Source: Actinomycetota bacterium | GTDB taxonomy: Bacteria > Actinomycetota > Actinomycetes > Mycobacteriales > SCTD01 | Assembly (NCBI GenBank): GCA_019348355.1 | Contig: JAHWJP010000001.1 | Coordinates: 12,752-76,751, forward strand | Length of the DNA stretch: 64,000 nucleotides | Direction of reading: 5' to 3' | Shown here: piece after piece, positions 27,937-36,939 of the stretch | Numbering within the stretch: position 1 is the stretch's first letter | Layout: each line of letters starts with the position of its first letter | Made by a program: the position numbers and the translations under genes | The notes under the pieces: generated by a model | Databases searched by the model: none | What the model saw: only the letters and a program-made list of their open reading frames with translations | What the model was told of the DNA's origin: nothing

Positions 27937-28704
27937 CTGACCGCCCCCGTCATCGACCTGCAGGACGGCAGCGCGGGGTACGACGGGCGGCTCGCCCTGT
28001 CGGGGGTCGACCTACGGGTGGAGGCCGGCGAGGTGGTGGCCGTGCTCGGCGCGAACGGCTCGGGCAAGAGCACGCTGGTGCGAGCCCTGCTGGGGTTGCT
28101 GCCGCTGAGCAGTGGACGGCTCGCGCTGTTCGGCGAGCCCGTGCAGCGCTTCTCGCACTGGCCGCGCATCGGCTACGTGCCGCAGCGGGGTGGGGCGAGC
28201 ACCGGCGTCCCGGCCACCGTGCGCGAGGTGGTCGCCACCGGGCGGCTGGCGCGTACCGGCCTGCGCCCGATGCGCGCCGCCGACCGCACGGCCATCACCC
28301 GCGCCATGGACGCGGTCGGCCTCGCCCACTTGGCCAAGACGAGCGTCGCCACGCTCTCCGGTGGCCAGCAGCAGCGGGTGCTCATCGCGCGCGCACTCAC
28401 CTGTGAGCCGGACCTGCTCGTGCTCGACGAGCCCACCGCAGGTGTGGATGCCGCGAACCAGCAGGCGCTCGCCACCTCGCTGGGCGCCCTGGTCGGTCAC
28501 GGCGCGACCGTGCTGCTGGTCACCCACGAGCTGGGGCCGATGCTGCCGCTGATCACCCGCGCCGTCACCCTCGCCGACGGGCGGGTCCTGCACGACGGGC
28601 CACCCCCGGACTCCGACCACCTGCACCTGCACGACCACGACCACGCCCATCCGGTGCACGACGAGGTGCCCTCCGCACGGGGCTCGGCCTGGGGGCTGCG
28701 GTGA
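27937..28704 (+). CDS. znuC: zinc ABC transporter ATP-binding protein
   Basis: Walker A GANGSGKST, signature LSGGQQQR, Walker B LLVLDEP. The first ATG/GTG/TTG in frame (28018) is only 9 codons before the P-loop, so the true N-terminus is upstream. 27937 (CTG) is a placeholder; see findings. Confidence 0.8.
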   Translation: MTAPVIDLQDGSAGYDGRLALSGVDLRVEAGEVVAVLGANGSGKSTLVRALLGLLPLSSGRLALFGEPVQRFSHWPRIGYVPQRGGASTGVPATVREVVATGRLARTGLRPMRAADRTAITRAMDAVGLAHLAKTSVATLSGGQQQRVLIARALTCEPDLLVLDEPTAGVDAANQQALATSLGALVGHGATVLLVTHELGPMLPLITRAVTLADGRVLHDGPPPDSDHLHLHDHDHAHPVHDEVPSARGSAWGLR

Positions 28705-29573
28705 GCGCCCTGACGTTCGACTTCATGCAGCGTGCCCTGCTCGCGGCGCTGCTCGTCGGCCTGACTGCACCGGCCGTCGGAATCTTCCTCGTGCAGCGCC
28801 GCCTGGCCCTGATGGGTGACGGCATCGGCCATGTCGCCCTGACCGGTGTGGCGCTGGGCTTCCTGCTGGGGACGGCGCCGGTGCTGACCGCCGTGATCGC
28901 CGCCACGATCGGCGCGGTCGTCATCGAGCTGGTCCGGCAGCAGGGGCGCACCGGTGGTGACGTCGCCCTGGCTCTGCTGTTCTACGGCGGGATCGCCGGC
29001 GGGGTGCTGCTCATCGGGCTGGCTCCGGGCGGCAGCAACGCCAATCTGCTCTCCTACCTTTTCGGCTCGCTCACCGCGGTCTCCCCTGCAGACGTCGTGC
29101 TGATCTGCCTGCTGTCCGGCGCACTGCTGCTCACGCTCACCGTCGTCGGTCGGCAGATGTTCGCGGTCTGCCACGACGAGGAGTACGCCCGGGTGGCCGG
29201 CCTGCCGGTGCGCTTCCTCAACCTGCTGCTGGCCGTCATGGCTGCGGTCACGGTCACGGTGGCGATGAGGGTCGTCGGGCTGCTGCTGGTGAGCGCCCTG
29301 ATGGTCGTCCCGGTCGCGACCGCCCAGCAGCTGGTGCGCGGCTTTCGCGCCACCGTCGTCGTCGCCCTGGCGAGCGGCGTGCTCGCCTCGCTCAGCGGCG
29401 TGCTCGGCTCGTACTACCTCGACACGGCTCCCGGCGCCCTGATCGTCGTGCTCGCGCTGGGCGGGTTCGCCGTGGCTACGCTTCTCGGCACCCTGGTACG
29501 GCGGGCTCGCCGCACCACCGACATCGCCGCCCCGGTAGGGGTGGCTCTGCTCCCGCAGGAGGCACCGCCGTGA
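28701..29573 (+). CDS. znuB: zinc ABC transporter permease
   Basis: 290 aa, multi-TM ABC-3 type. GTG overlaps the znuC stop (GTGA). Confidence 0.9.
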   Translation: MSALTFDFMQRALLAALLVGLTAPAVGIFLVQRRLALMGDGIGHVALTGVALGFLLGTAPVLTAVIAATIGAVVIELVRQQGRTGGDVALALLFYGGIAGGVLLIGLAPGGSNANLLSYLFGSLTAVSPADVVLICLLSGALLLTLTVVGRQMFAVCHDEEYARVAGLPVRFLNLLLAVMAAVTVTVAMRVVGLLLVSALMVVPVATAQQLVRGFRATVVVALASGVLASLSGVLGSYYLDTAPGALIVVLALGGFAVATLLGTLVRRARRTTDIAAPVGVALLPQEAPP

Positions 29574-29965
29574 GCTCGCTGCCCGGCATCCGTTCGACCA
29601 GGCAGCGCACCGCGGTCGCCGAGGTCCTGGACAGCGTCGACGGCTTCCGCAGCGCGCAGGAGCTGCACGATCTGCTGCGGCGCGACGGGGCGTCGGTCGG
29701 GCTGACCACCGTCTACCGACACCTGCAGGCGCTGGCCGACGCCGGTCAGGTGGACGTGTTGCGCAACGGGGACGGCGAGGCCGCCTACCGCCGCTGCCCC
29801 ACCGCATCACATCACCACCACCTGGTGTGCCGTGACTGCGGACGCAGTGTTGACGTCGAGGGTCCGGAGGTCGAGGCGTGGGCCTCCGCGGTGGCCGAGG
29901 AGCACGGCTTCACCAACGTCAGCCACACCGTCGAGGTGTTCGGGACGTGTCGTCACTGCCGCTGA
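29570..29965 (+). CDS. zur: Fur-family zinc uptake regulator
   Basis: RSTRQRTAVAEVL winged-helix N-terminus. HHHHLVCRDCG and CRHC metal sites. GTG overlaps the znuB stop (GTGA). Confidence 0.85.
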   Translation: MSSLPGIRSTRQRTAVAEVLDSVDGFRSAQELHDLLRRDGASVGLTTVYRHLQALADAGQVDVLRNGDGEAAYRRCPTASHHHHLVCRDCGRSVDVEGPEVEAWASAVAEEHGFTNVSHTVEVFGTCRHCR

Positions 29966-30007
29966 AACCGAAGCAACCAACCGACCCGGTGCTGCGTCCC
30001 ATCGGAC

Positions 30008-30496
30008 ATGACAACCACCCGAACCCGTCCCGCAACCCGCGCCGCCGGTGCCACTGGCCTGACCGCACTGTTCCTGCTCGGCAGTGCTGGCGTCGCCGAC
30101 GCTTCATGCGTCCTTCCGCCGACCACCTCCGCATCCACCTTCACCGGCATCGTGCTCACGGCCCAGAATCGGGATCGCATCGCCCAGGTCAGGACCGACG
30201 CCGGAGCCGAGGTGATGGTTCTTGGCACCGAGAGTCCGGACGCGAACAGCGCCTCGTCGGTGGACCGGACCTTCGTTCCCGGTGCGCGCTACGAGTTCCA
30301 CCCCGCCAACGACGCGTCACCCTTTCGCGACAACGCCTGCACGGCCACCCGCCAGCTCACCGGTCCCGGGTCCGGCCCCGCGCCTGTGACTGCGGAACTT
30401 CCCGACACGGGAGTGCTCGGCTACCTGCCGGTGACCGGCCTGCTCATGCTGCCGGTCGGCGCGGCGCTCGCCTACCGGTTTCGGTCCGTCGTCTGA
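30008..30496 (+). CDS. LPxTG-anchored secreted protein, function unknown
   Basis: Signal peptide with twin-Arg-like n-region (MTTTRTRPATRAAGATGLTALFLLGSAGVADA). C-terminal LPDTG, a hydrophobic stretch and an RFRS tail give a sortase sorting signal. Confidence 0.7.
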   Translation: MTTTRTRPATRAAGATGLTALFLLGSAGVADASCVLPPTTSASTFTGIVLTAQNRDRIAQVRTDAGAEVMVLGTESPDANSASSVDRTFVPGARYEFHPANDASPFRDNACTATRQLTGPGSGPAPVTAELPDTGVLGYLPVTGLLMLPVGAALAYRFRSVV

Positions 30497-30521
30497 GCTG
30501 CGGCATGCGGAGCCTCCGGTG

Positions 30522-31016
30522 TCAGTCCTGCTCGGCGCGCCACGAGCTGAGCAGTTCCGCCTGCAGACCGAACATCTGGGTCCGCTCCTCATCCTCGCCG
30601 TGGTCGTAGCCCAGCAGGTGCAGGACGCCGTGCGTGCACAGCAGGTGGAGTTCGGCTTCGGTGCCGTGACCGGCTTCGAGGCCCTGCCGCTCGGCGACCT
30701 CCGGGCAGAGCACCACGTCGCCCAGCACCGCAGGCGCCGTGTCCTCCTGCTCGCCACCGCCGGCGCCACGTCCGTGGCCGACACCGCGCGACCCGCGCAG
30801 GTCAAGCTCGTCCATCGGGAACGCGAGCACGTCGGTCGGGCCGGGCTCGTCCATCCAGCGCACATGCAGCCGCTCCATCTGCTCGACATCGACGAGCAGC
30901 AGTGACAGCTCGGCCAGCGGCGACACCCCCATCCGGTCCAGGACGTGTCGCGCGACGCGGACCAGCGCCGGCTCGTCCACGTCGATGCCGCTCTCGTTCG
31001 CGACCTCGATGCTCAC
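30522..31016 (-). CDS. ybeY: rRNA maturation endoribonuclease YbeY
   Basis: [11 protein letters not shown] zinc motif. 164 aa. ATGA overlap with phoH. Confidence 0.95.
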   Translation of the reverse strand: MSIEVANESGIDVDEPALVRVARHVLDRMGVSPLAELSLLLVDVEQMERLHVRWMDEPGPTDVLAFPMDELDLRGSRGVGHGRGAGGGEQEDTAPAVLGDVVLCPEVAERQGLEAGHGTEAELHLLCTHGVLHLLGYDHGEDEERTQMFGLQAELLSSWRAEQD

Positions 31017-32062
31017 GGGGAGCGCCGCCGGCCGGTCGTGCGCTGGCCCACCTGCGGTGTGCGGGCGGTGTCGACCAGCTCGGCGTCGTAGCGCGCGTAG
31101 GCATCAACGATCCGGCCGACCAGCTTGTGACGTACGACGTCGACGCTGGTGAGAGTCGAGAAGTGCACGTCCTCGATGCCGTCGAGGATGTCGCGCACGA
31201 CCCGCAACCCGCTGGTCGTCCCCGAGGGCAGGTCGACCTGGGTGACGTCGCCGGTGACGACGATCCGGCTCCCGAAGCCGAGCCGGGTGAGGAACATCTT
31301 CATCTGCTCGGCGGAGGTGTTCTGCGCCTCGTCGAGGATGATGAACGCGTCGTTCAGAGTCCGGCCGCGCATGTACGCCAGCGGCGCCACCTCGATGGTG
31401 CCCGCCGCCATGAGGCGGGGGATCGACTCGGGGTCGAGCATGTCGTGCAGGGCGTCGTACAGCGGTCGGAGGTAGGGGTCGATCTTGTCGTAGAGCGTGC
31501 CGGGCAGGAAGCCCAGCCGCTCGCCCGCCTCGACGGCCGGGCGGGTCAGGATGATGCGGTTGACCTGCTTGGCCTGCAGCGCCTGCACGGCCTTGGCCAT
31601 CGCGAGGTAGGTCTTGCCGGTGCCGGCCGGGCCGATCCCGAACACGATCGTGTGCTTGTCGATCGCCTCGACGTAGCGCTTCTGGTTGAGCGTCTTCGGG
31701 CGGATCGTCCGGCCGCGACCGGACAGGATCGACAGGGTCAGCACCTCGGCGGGGGCCGATCCGTCGGCCTGCCGCAGCAGGGCGAGGCTGCGCTCCACCG
31801 CCTCGGCGGTCAGCAGCTCCCCCGTCGCGAGCAGCGCGAGCAGCTGCTCGAACAACAGGACCCCCAGGGCGTTGTCCCTCGCCGAGCCGGTCAGGGTGAT
31901 CTCGTTGCCGCGGACGTGGACGTCACTGGTCAGGACGCGCTCGACGGTGCGCAGCACCTCGTCCCGGCTGCCCAGCAGAGCCACCATCGACTGCTCCGGC
32001 GGGACGATGATCTTGCTGACGACGCGCTCTACCGCTGCGGAGGTGCGAGGGGTCTGGGGCAT
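31013..32062 (-). CDS. phoH: PhoH family ATPase
   Basis: Walker [12 protein letters not shown], followed by ...FIILDEAQN...[12 protein letters not shown]. Confidence 0.95.
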   Translation of the reverse strand: MPQTPRTSAAVERVVSKIIVPPEQSMVALLGSRDEVLRTVERVLTSDVHVRGNEITLTGSARDNALGVLLFEQLLALLATGELLTAEAVERSLALLRQADGSAPAEVLTLSILSGRGRTIRPKTLNQKRYVEAIDKHTIVFGIGPAGTGKTYLAMAKAVQALQAKQVNRIILTRPAVEAGERLGFLPGTLYDKIDPYLRPLYDALHDMLDPESIPRLMAAGTIEVAPLAYMRGRTLNDAFIILDEAQNTSAEQMKMFLTRLGFGSRIVVTGDVTQVDLPSGTTSGLRVVRDILDGIEDVHFSTLTSVDVVRHKLVGRIVDAYARYDAELVDTARTPQVGQRTTGRRRSP

Positions 32063-32127
32063 GAGGTCGGCGGTCGCCTGCTCTCTGGGGAAGACGCTCT
32101 GACGGACCGATTCTACCGCGCGGCGGG

Positions 32128-32466
32128 TCAGCCGAGTGGCCCGAGCGGCTGCCCGCCGAGCACGTGCACATGCGCGTGGGACACGGTCTGTCCGGCGTCG
32201 TCCCCCGTATTGGTCAGCAGGCGGTAGCCGCCGGTCAGCGCCTCCTTGTCGGCCACCGCCACCGCAGCCGTCATGAGTTCGGCGAGCAACGCCGGATCGG
32301 CGGCCGCCAGCGAGCCGACATCGAGGTGGTGGTCGCGCGGGATGACGAGCACATGGGTCGGCGCCTGCGGGGCGATGTCGCGGAAGGCGAGGGTGCGCGA
32401 GGTCTCGTGCACCACCGTGGCCGGGATCTCCGTCGCGGCGATGCGACAGAAAAGGCAGTCGCTCAT
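32128..32466 (-). CDS. HIT (histidine triad) family protein
   Basis: CLFCRI... and the HAHVHVLGG histidine triad. Length 112 aa. Confidence 0.9.
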   Translation of the reverse strand: MSDCLFCRIAATEIPATVVHETSRTLAFRDIAPQAPTHVLVIPRDHHLDVGSLAAADPALLAELMTAAVAVADKEALTGGYRLLTNTGDDAGQTVSHAHVHVLGGQPLGPLG

Positions 32467-33068
32467 TCGCGCTGCCGGGTGAGGAACAGGCCGGCGATGC
32501 CGCCGGCGCCGAGCAGTACGGCCAGCATCATGGCCACGAGAGCGAGCAGCTCGCGGTTGGAGCGGCCGGCTGCACCTACGGCCTTCATGCCGGGCGGTGG
32601 CGACGCCTGGGGCGGCTCACCCGTCGGCCCGGCCACGGCCGGCTGCGACACCACCGGATCCACCGGTGACGGGCTGGACGGAGCCGGGACGAAGGTGGCG
32701 AATCCCGGGGACGACGGCTGCGGCGACGGGGAGGGGCTGCTCGGCGTCGGCGAGGTGAGGGGGGCGAGGCTCGGCTCGACCGACCGCACCGGCGTCGGCG
32801 ACGGCGACGGCACTGGGCTCGGGCTGGAGGGCAGATTCGGCAGCCGGCGCGTGGGGCTCGGCGAGGCGGACGGGGTGGGTCGAGGCGAAGCAACCGGGGA
32901 AGGTGACGAGGTCGGCGACGGTGAGCTCTGCGCCGCCGCGGTGCCGGCCGGCAGGACGACGGCGAGAAGCAGGACGACAACGAGGGCGGCGAGGCCGGTT
33001 CGGCTCGCGCGACGACGCCCTGTGCCGTCACCGACGCCCGGGTCAGCGTCGTGCACGAGAGCCGGCAT
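32463..33068 (-). CDS. Ser/Pro-rich membrane-anchored hypothetical protein
   Basis: Start ATG 33068. N-terminal TM/signal (LAALVVVLLLAVVLPAGTAAA). About 120 aa of SP repeats. C-terminal TM (LLALVAMMLAVLLGAGGIAGLFL). Its stop overlaps the HIT start (ATGA). Confidence 0.6.
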   Translation of the reverse strand: MPALVHDADPGVGDGTGRRRASRTGLAALVVVLLLAVVLPAGTAAAQSSPSPTSSPSPVASPRPTPSASPSPTRRLPNLPSSPSPVPSPSPTPVRSVEPSLAPLTSPTPSSPSPSPQPSSPGFATFVPAPSSPSPVDPVVSQPAVAGPTGEPPQASPPPGMKAVGAAGRSNRELLALVAMMLAVLLGAGGIAGLFLTRQRE

Positions 33069-33126
33069 CCGGCGATCGTAGGCCGGGACCGGCTTTTCGG
33101 GGGACGGCTCCGGGAAGGCTGCACGC

Positions 33127-33852
33127 TCACGACCACCGCACCGTCCGTGCGCTGACGACGGCGGCGGCGGCGGCCCCTGCCGTCGACGTCCGCAGGACGC
33201 TGCTCCCGAGCCGCACCGCCTGACCGCCCGCACCGGTCAGCTGTGCCAGCTCCCGGTCGGTGATACCCCCCTCGGGGCCGACGACCAGTAGCACCTCGCC
33301 GGCGGCCGGCAGGTCCAGCCCGGCCAGTGCGGCCGTTGCCTGCTCGTGGAGCACCAGCGTGGTCGTGCCAGTCATGCGGGCCAGGAGGTCCGGGGTGTCC
33401 ACCCAGCTGGTGACAACCGGATGCCGCGCCCGCCGCGACTGCTTGGCGGCCTCCCGGGCGGTCGAGCGCCAACGAGCCAGGGCACGTTCGCCGCGTACAC
33501 CTTCCCAGCGAACGATGCAGCGCTCGGCCGACCACGGCACCACCTCGTCGATGCCGACCTCGGTGGCCAGCTCGACCGCCTGCTCGCCCCGGTCGCCCTT
33601 GGCGAGGGCCTGCACGAGCACCAGGCGCGGTGCCGGCTCCGGCTCCAGTTGCCTTGACAGGACGCGAAGCTCGACGCAATCCTGTCCCAGGCCGGCCACC
33701 TCGCAGCGCGCCCGGGTGCCTCGCCCGTCGGCGAGGTCCACCGCTTCGCCGACCCGCACCCGGCGCACTGTCGCGGCGTGCCGGCCCTCCGGCCCGCGAA
33801 GGACGAGACGGTCACCGGACAGGTCGTCGTGCAGGAACAGCGGCGCCGTCAC
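33127..33852 (-). CDS. rsmE: 16S rRNA (uracil1498-N3)-methyltransferase
   Basis: RsmE-type sequence (LRGPEGRHAATVRRVRVGE...GPEGG..D.E). Conserved position after dnaJ. Confidence 0.85.
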   Translation of the reverse strand: MTAPLFLHDDLSGDRLVLRGPEGRHAATVRRVRVGEAVDLADGRGTRARCEVAGLGQDCVELRVLSRQLEPEPAPRLVLVQALAKGDRGEQAVELATEVGIDEVVPWSAERCIVRWEGVRGERALARWRSTAREAAKQSRRARHPVVTSWVDTPDLLARMTGTTTLVLHEQATAALAGLDLPAAGEVLLVVGPEGGITDRELAQLTGAGGQAVRLGSSVLRTSTAGAAAAAVVSARTVRWS

Positions 33853-33855
33853 GCC

Positions 33856-34965
33856 TCACCGCCGTCGACGGCCGAACAGCCCGTTGCTCTTGCCCGAGAC
33901 GCCGGGGCGCTCCTCACCGCGCAGCCGGGCGAGGTCGCGCAGCAGCTCCTCCTGCTTGGTGTCGAGCCTGGTCGCCACCTCGACCTGCAGGTGGACGTGG
34001 AGGTCGCCGCGGCCGGTCGCCTGCAGGTGCGGCACGCCACGGGCCCGCAGCGTCAGAACGGCCGCAGGCTGCGTGCCCGGCGCGATGTCGAGCTCCTCGT
34101 CGCCGTCGAGCGTCGTCAGCGGCACGCAGGTGCCGAGCGCGGCCGCGGTCATCGGCAGCGTCACCGTGCAGTGCAGGTCGTCACCGTCCCGCGTGAAGAC
34201 CGGGTGCGGCCGCTCGAGGACCTCGACGTAGAGGTCGCCGGGCGGACCGCCGCCGGGGCCGACCTCCCCTTCACCGGACAGGCGCAGCCGCAGCCCGGAC
34301 TCCATGCCGGCAGGCACTTTGACGTTGAGCGTACGGCGCGCGCGCACCCGTCCGTCGCCCTTGCACTCACCGCACGGGTGCTCGATCACCGACCCGACGC
34401 CGGCGCAGCGCGGACAGGCGCGCGTCGTCATGACCTGGCCGAGGAAGGACCGCTGGACCGACTGCACCTCGCCGCGGCCGTGGCAGGTGTCGCAGGTCGA
34501 CGGATGCGTGCCGGGCGTCGAGCCCTCACCGGTGCACGTCGAGCAGACGACGGCCGTCTCCACGGTCAGCTCGCGCTCGACCCCGAAAGCGACCTCGGCC
34601 AGGTCGCACTCGATGCGCAGCAATGCGTCTGCGCCCTGGCGGACGCGGCTGCGCGTCCCGCGGGTCGTGCCGCCACCGAAGAAGGCGTCCATGATGTCGC
34701 CGAGACCGCCGAACCCCTGGGGGAAAGGGTTCCCGGTGTTGCCCTGCCCGCTCGACAGGGGATCGCCGCCGAGGTCGACGATCTGCCGCTTCTGCGGGTC
34801 GCTCAGCACCTCGTAAGCGGCGGTGACCGCCTTGAACCGCTCCTGCGCCGCCGCATCGGGGTTGACGTCGGGGTGCAGCTCCCGGGCGAGCTTGCGGTAG
34901 GCCTTCTTCAGCTCGTCGTCGGTGGCGTCCTGCGCGACCCCGAGGGCGCCGTAGTAGTCGGTCAC
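33856..34965 (-). CDS. dnaJ: molecular chaperone DnaJ
   Basis: J domain (DYYGALGV...[14 protein letters not shown]). Four CxxCxGxG zinc motifs. Length 369 aa. Confidence 0.95.
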   Translation of the reverse strand: MTDYYGALGVAQDATDDELKKAYRKLARELHPDVNPDAAAQERFKAVTAAYEVLSDPQKRQIVDLGGDPLSSGQGNTGNPFPQGFGGLGDIMDAFFGGGTTRGTRSRVRQGADALLRIECDLAEVAFGVERELTVETAVVCSTCTGEGSTPGTHPSTCDTCHGRGEVQSVQRSFLGQVMTTRACPRCAGVGSVIEHPCGECKGDGRVRARRTLNVKVPAGMESGLRLRLSGEGEVGPGGGPPGDLYVEVLERPHPVFTRDGDDLHCTVTLPMTAAALGTCVPLTTLDGDEELDIAPGTQPAAVLTLRARGVPHLQATGRGDLHVHLQVEVATRLDTKQEELLRDLARLRGEERPGVSGKSNGLFGRRRR

Positions 34966-34966
34966 G

Positions 34967-35986
34967 TCAGGCCCCCGCCAACAGCTCGCCGACGTAGCGG
35001 GCGACGGCGCGTACAGAGCCCATGTTGCCGGCGTAGTCCATTCGGGTGGGGCCGACGACCCCGAGACCGCCGTAGGGGCTGCCGTCCGGGCCGTACCCCA
35101 TCGTCACGACGGAGGTGGACCGCAGTCCTTCCACGTTGTTCTCCTCACCGATCTTGACGTGCACGGCGCTCGGGTCGTTGACCTCACCGAGCAGCTTGAG
35201 CAGGACCACCTGCTCCTCCAAGGCCTCGAGCACGGGCCGCAGGGTCTGCGGGAAGTCCATGACATGGCGGGTGAGGTGGGCGGTGCCGCCGAGCACGATG
35301 CGCTCCTCGGGCTGGTCGACCAGCGTCTCGAGCACCACGGTCATGACGCTGGTCAGCACGGGCCGGATGGCGGTCGGCGCCGCGTCGGGCAGGTCAGCGA
35401 GCGCCGCCGGCGCGTCCACCAGTCGCGCGCCGTGCAGGCGGCTGCCGAAGGCCGACCGCAGCGAGGCCACCTCGTCGTCGTTCAGTGTCGCCGGGAGCTC
35501 GAGGACGCGCTGCTCGACCCGGCCGGTGTCGGTGATCAGCACCAGTAGCAGGCGGTTCGGCGCCAGGTGGACGATCTCGAGGTGGCGCACCGAACTGCGC
35601 GACAGGCTGGGGTACTGCACGACCGCCACCTGACGGGTCAGCTGGGACAGCAGGCGCACCGACCGGCGCACGACGTCGTCGAGGTCGACCGCGCCTTCGA
35701 GAAAGGACTGGATCGCGCGTCTCTCGGCGGGCGACAACGGCTTGACACTGGACAGTTTGTCGACGAACAGCCGGTAACCCTTGTCGGTCGGGATCCGGCC
35801 CGCGCTGGTGTGCGGGTGGGTGATGAAGCCCTCGTCCTCGAGCGCCGCCATGTCGTTGCGGACCGTGGCCGGGCTGACGCCGAGGCCGTGCCGCTGAGCC
35901 AGCGCCTTCGACCCCACCGGCTCGGTGGTCGACACGAAGTCCTCGACGATGGCGCGCAGCACCTCGAGCTTGCGGTCGTCGAGCAC
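34967..35986 (-). CDS. hrcA: heat-inducible transcription repressor HrcA
   Basis: [30 protein letters not shown]... GTG 35986 with AGGAGG upstream. A CIRCE element lies in the leader. Confidence 0.95.
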   Translation of the reverse strand: MLDDRKLEVLRAIVEDFVSTTEPVGSKALAQRHGLGVSPATVRNDMAALEDEGFITHPHTSAGRIPTDKGYRLFVDKLSSVKPLSPAERRAIQSFLEGAVDLDDVVRRSVRLLSQLTRQVAVVQYPSLSRSSVRHLEIVHLAPNRLLLVLITDTGRVEQRVLELPATLNDDEVASLRSAFGSRLHGARLVDAPAALADLPDAAPTAIRPVLTSVMTVVLETLVDQPEERIVLGGTAHLTRHVMDFPQTLRPVLEALEEQVVLLKLLGEVNDPSAVHVKIGEENNVEGLRSTSVVTMGYGPDGSPYGGLGVVGPTRMDYAGNMGSVRAVARYVGELLAGA

Positions 35987-35998
35987 TGCGTCACCTCC

Positions 35999-36023
35999 TG
36001 GCACTCCGGTTCGACGAGTGCCA
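35999..36023. promoter_or_regulatory. CIRCE operator (HrcA binding site)
   Basis: TGGCACTC-N9-GAGTGCCA matches the CIRCE consensus TTAGCACTC-N9-GAGTGCTAA. It lies 13 nt upstream of the hrcA start, and a TACACT -10-like hexamer abuts it. Confidence 0.8.
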
Positions 36024-36113
36024 AGTGTACGGGCGGGAGGTGAACCGGGCCGCTGTCCAGTCGCCGCCGTACCCGGCCCGGCTCGGGTCGCCCTCCGCCC
36101 GGGCGGACCGTCC

Positions 36114-36195
36114 TGCACACATCGTGATCCACTTCCGTCACCTCGCACGCTCAGCAGTGCCTGTAGTGGCTGGCGCAACGATCACGACGTGTGCA
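36114..36195 (+). repeat. 80-bp inverted-repeat element, copy 2
   Basis: TGCACACATCGTGATCCACTTCCG ... CACGCTCAG ... GATCACGACGTGTGCA. It aligns block-for-block with the reverse complement of 13196-13275. Confidence 0.8.
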
Positions 36196-36249
36196 TTCGT
36201 GACCAGCCGGCGGGACGCGCCGCGTCGACAACCTGATCGAGGGATCTCT

Positions 36250-36939
36250 CTAGCGGGCGAGCCGGAGCGCGAGCTCGCGTGACCGCGCCACGTAGCCCCC
36301 ACCGAACAGGACGGCGTGCACCAGCAGCGGGAACAGCTGCCACAGTTCGACCCGGTCCCGCCAGCCGTCGGCCAGCGGCGCGACCTCCTCGTAGGCCGCG
36401 AGGGTGCGGGCCGGCACGGTGCCGAACAGGGCGAGCATCGCGAGGTCGACCTCCCGGTGGCCGCCGTAGGCAGCCGGGTCGATGAGCCACGGGCGCCCGG
36501 CGCAGTCGGCCAGCACGTTGCCGGTCCACAGGTCGCCGTGCAGGCGGGCGGGCGGTTCCGTCGGCGCGTCGACGTGCACCCGCTCGACCTCCCGGCTCAA
36601 GCCGGCGCGGGCGGCCAACGGCATCAGTCGGTGCTCCATGTAGTAGGCGTTCCAGTCGTCGGCCTCCGGGGACGGCACCTCGCAGCGACCGACGAACAGC
36701 GGACCCGGCGCCGGAAGGGAGCCGAACCGCGGCGCGCCGGCGCGGTGCACCGTCGCCAGCATCCGCCCGAGCTCCGCCTCACCGTCGGCACTCAACCGCC
36801 CCGGATCGATCCGGCACAGCACCAGCCGCGTCGGCGACTCCTCGACGATCTCCGGCACGCGGGCGCCGGCCGCGGCCAGCCAACGCAGCCCAGCGGCCTC
36901 GAGCGGCGCCGGATCAGCCTTGACGAACGTCGAGCTCAT
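36250..36939 (-). CDS. fructosamine/ketosamine kinase family protein
   Basis: LHGDLWTGNVL...DPAAYGGHREVDLAML is a kinase-fold signature typical of the fructosamine-3-kinase family. Confidence 0.8.
   Translation of the reverse strand: MSSTFVKADPAPLEAAGLRWLAAAGARVPEIVEESPTRLVLCRIDPGRLSADGEAELGRMLATVHRAGAPRFGSLPAPGPLFVGRCEVPSPEADDWNAYYMEHRLMPLAARAGLSREVERVHVDAPTEPPARLHGDLWTGNVLADCAGRPWLIDPAAYGGHREVDLAMLALFGTVPARTLAAYEEVAPLADGWRDRVELWQLFPLLVHAVLFGGGYVARSRELALRLAR

Noticed and set aside
32640-32990. Short tandem-like repeats (also 3860-4140, 7860-8090 and 39230-39370) that could be mistaken for repeat arrays or CRISPR
   Set aside because: They are in-frame low-complexity coding repeats (SP-, PA- and PPQGYG-rich linkers) inside supported genes. 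There is no repeat-spacer periodicity and no cas genes.
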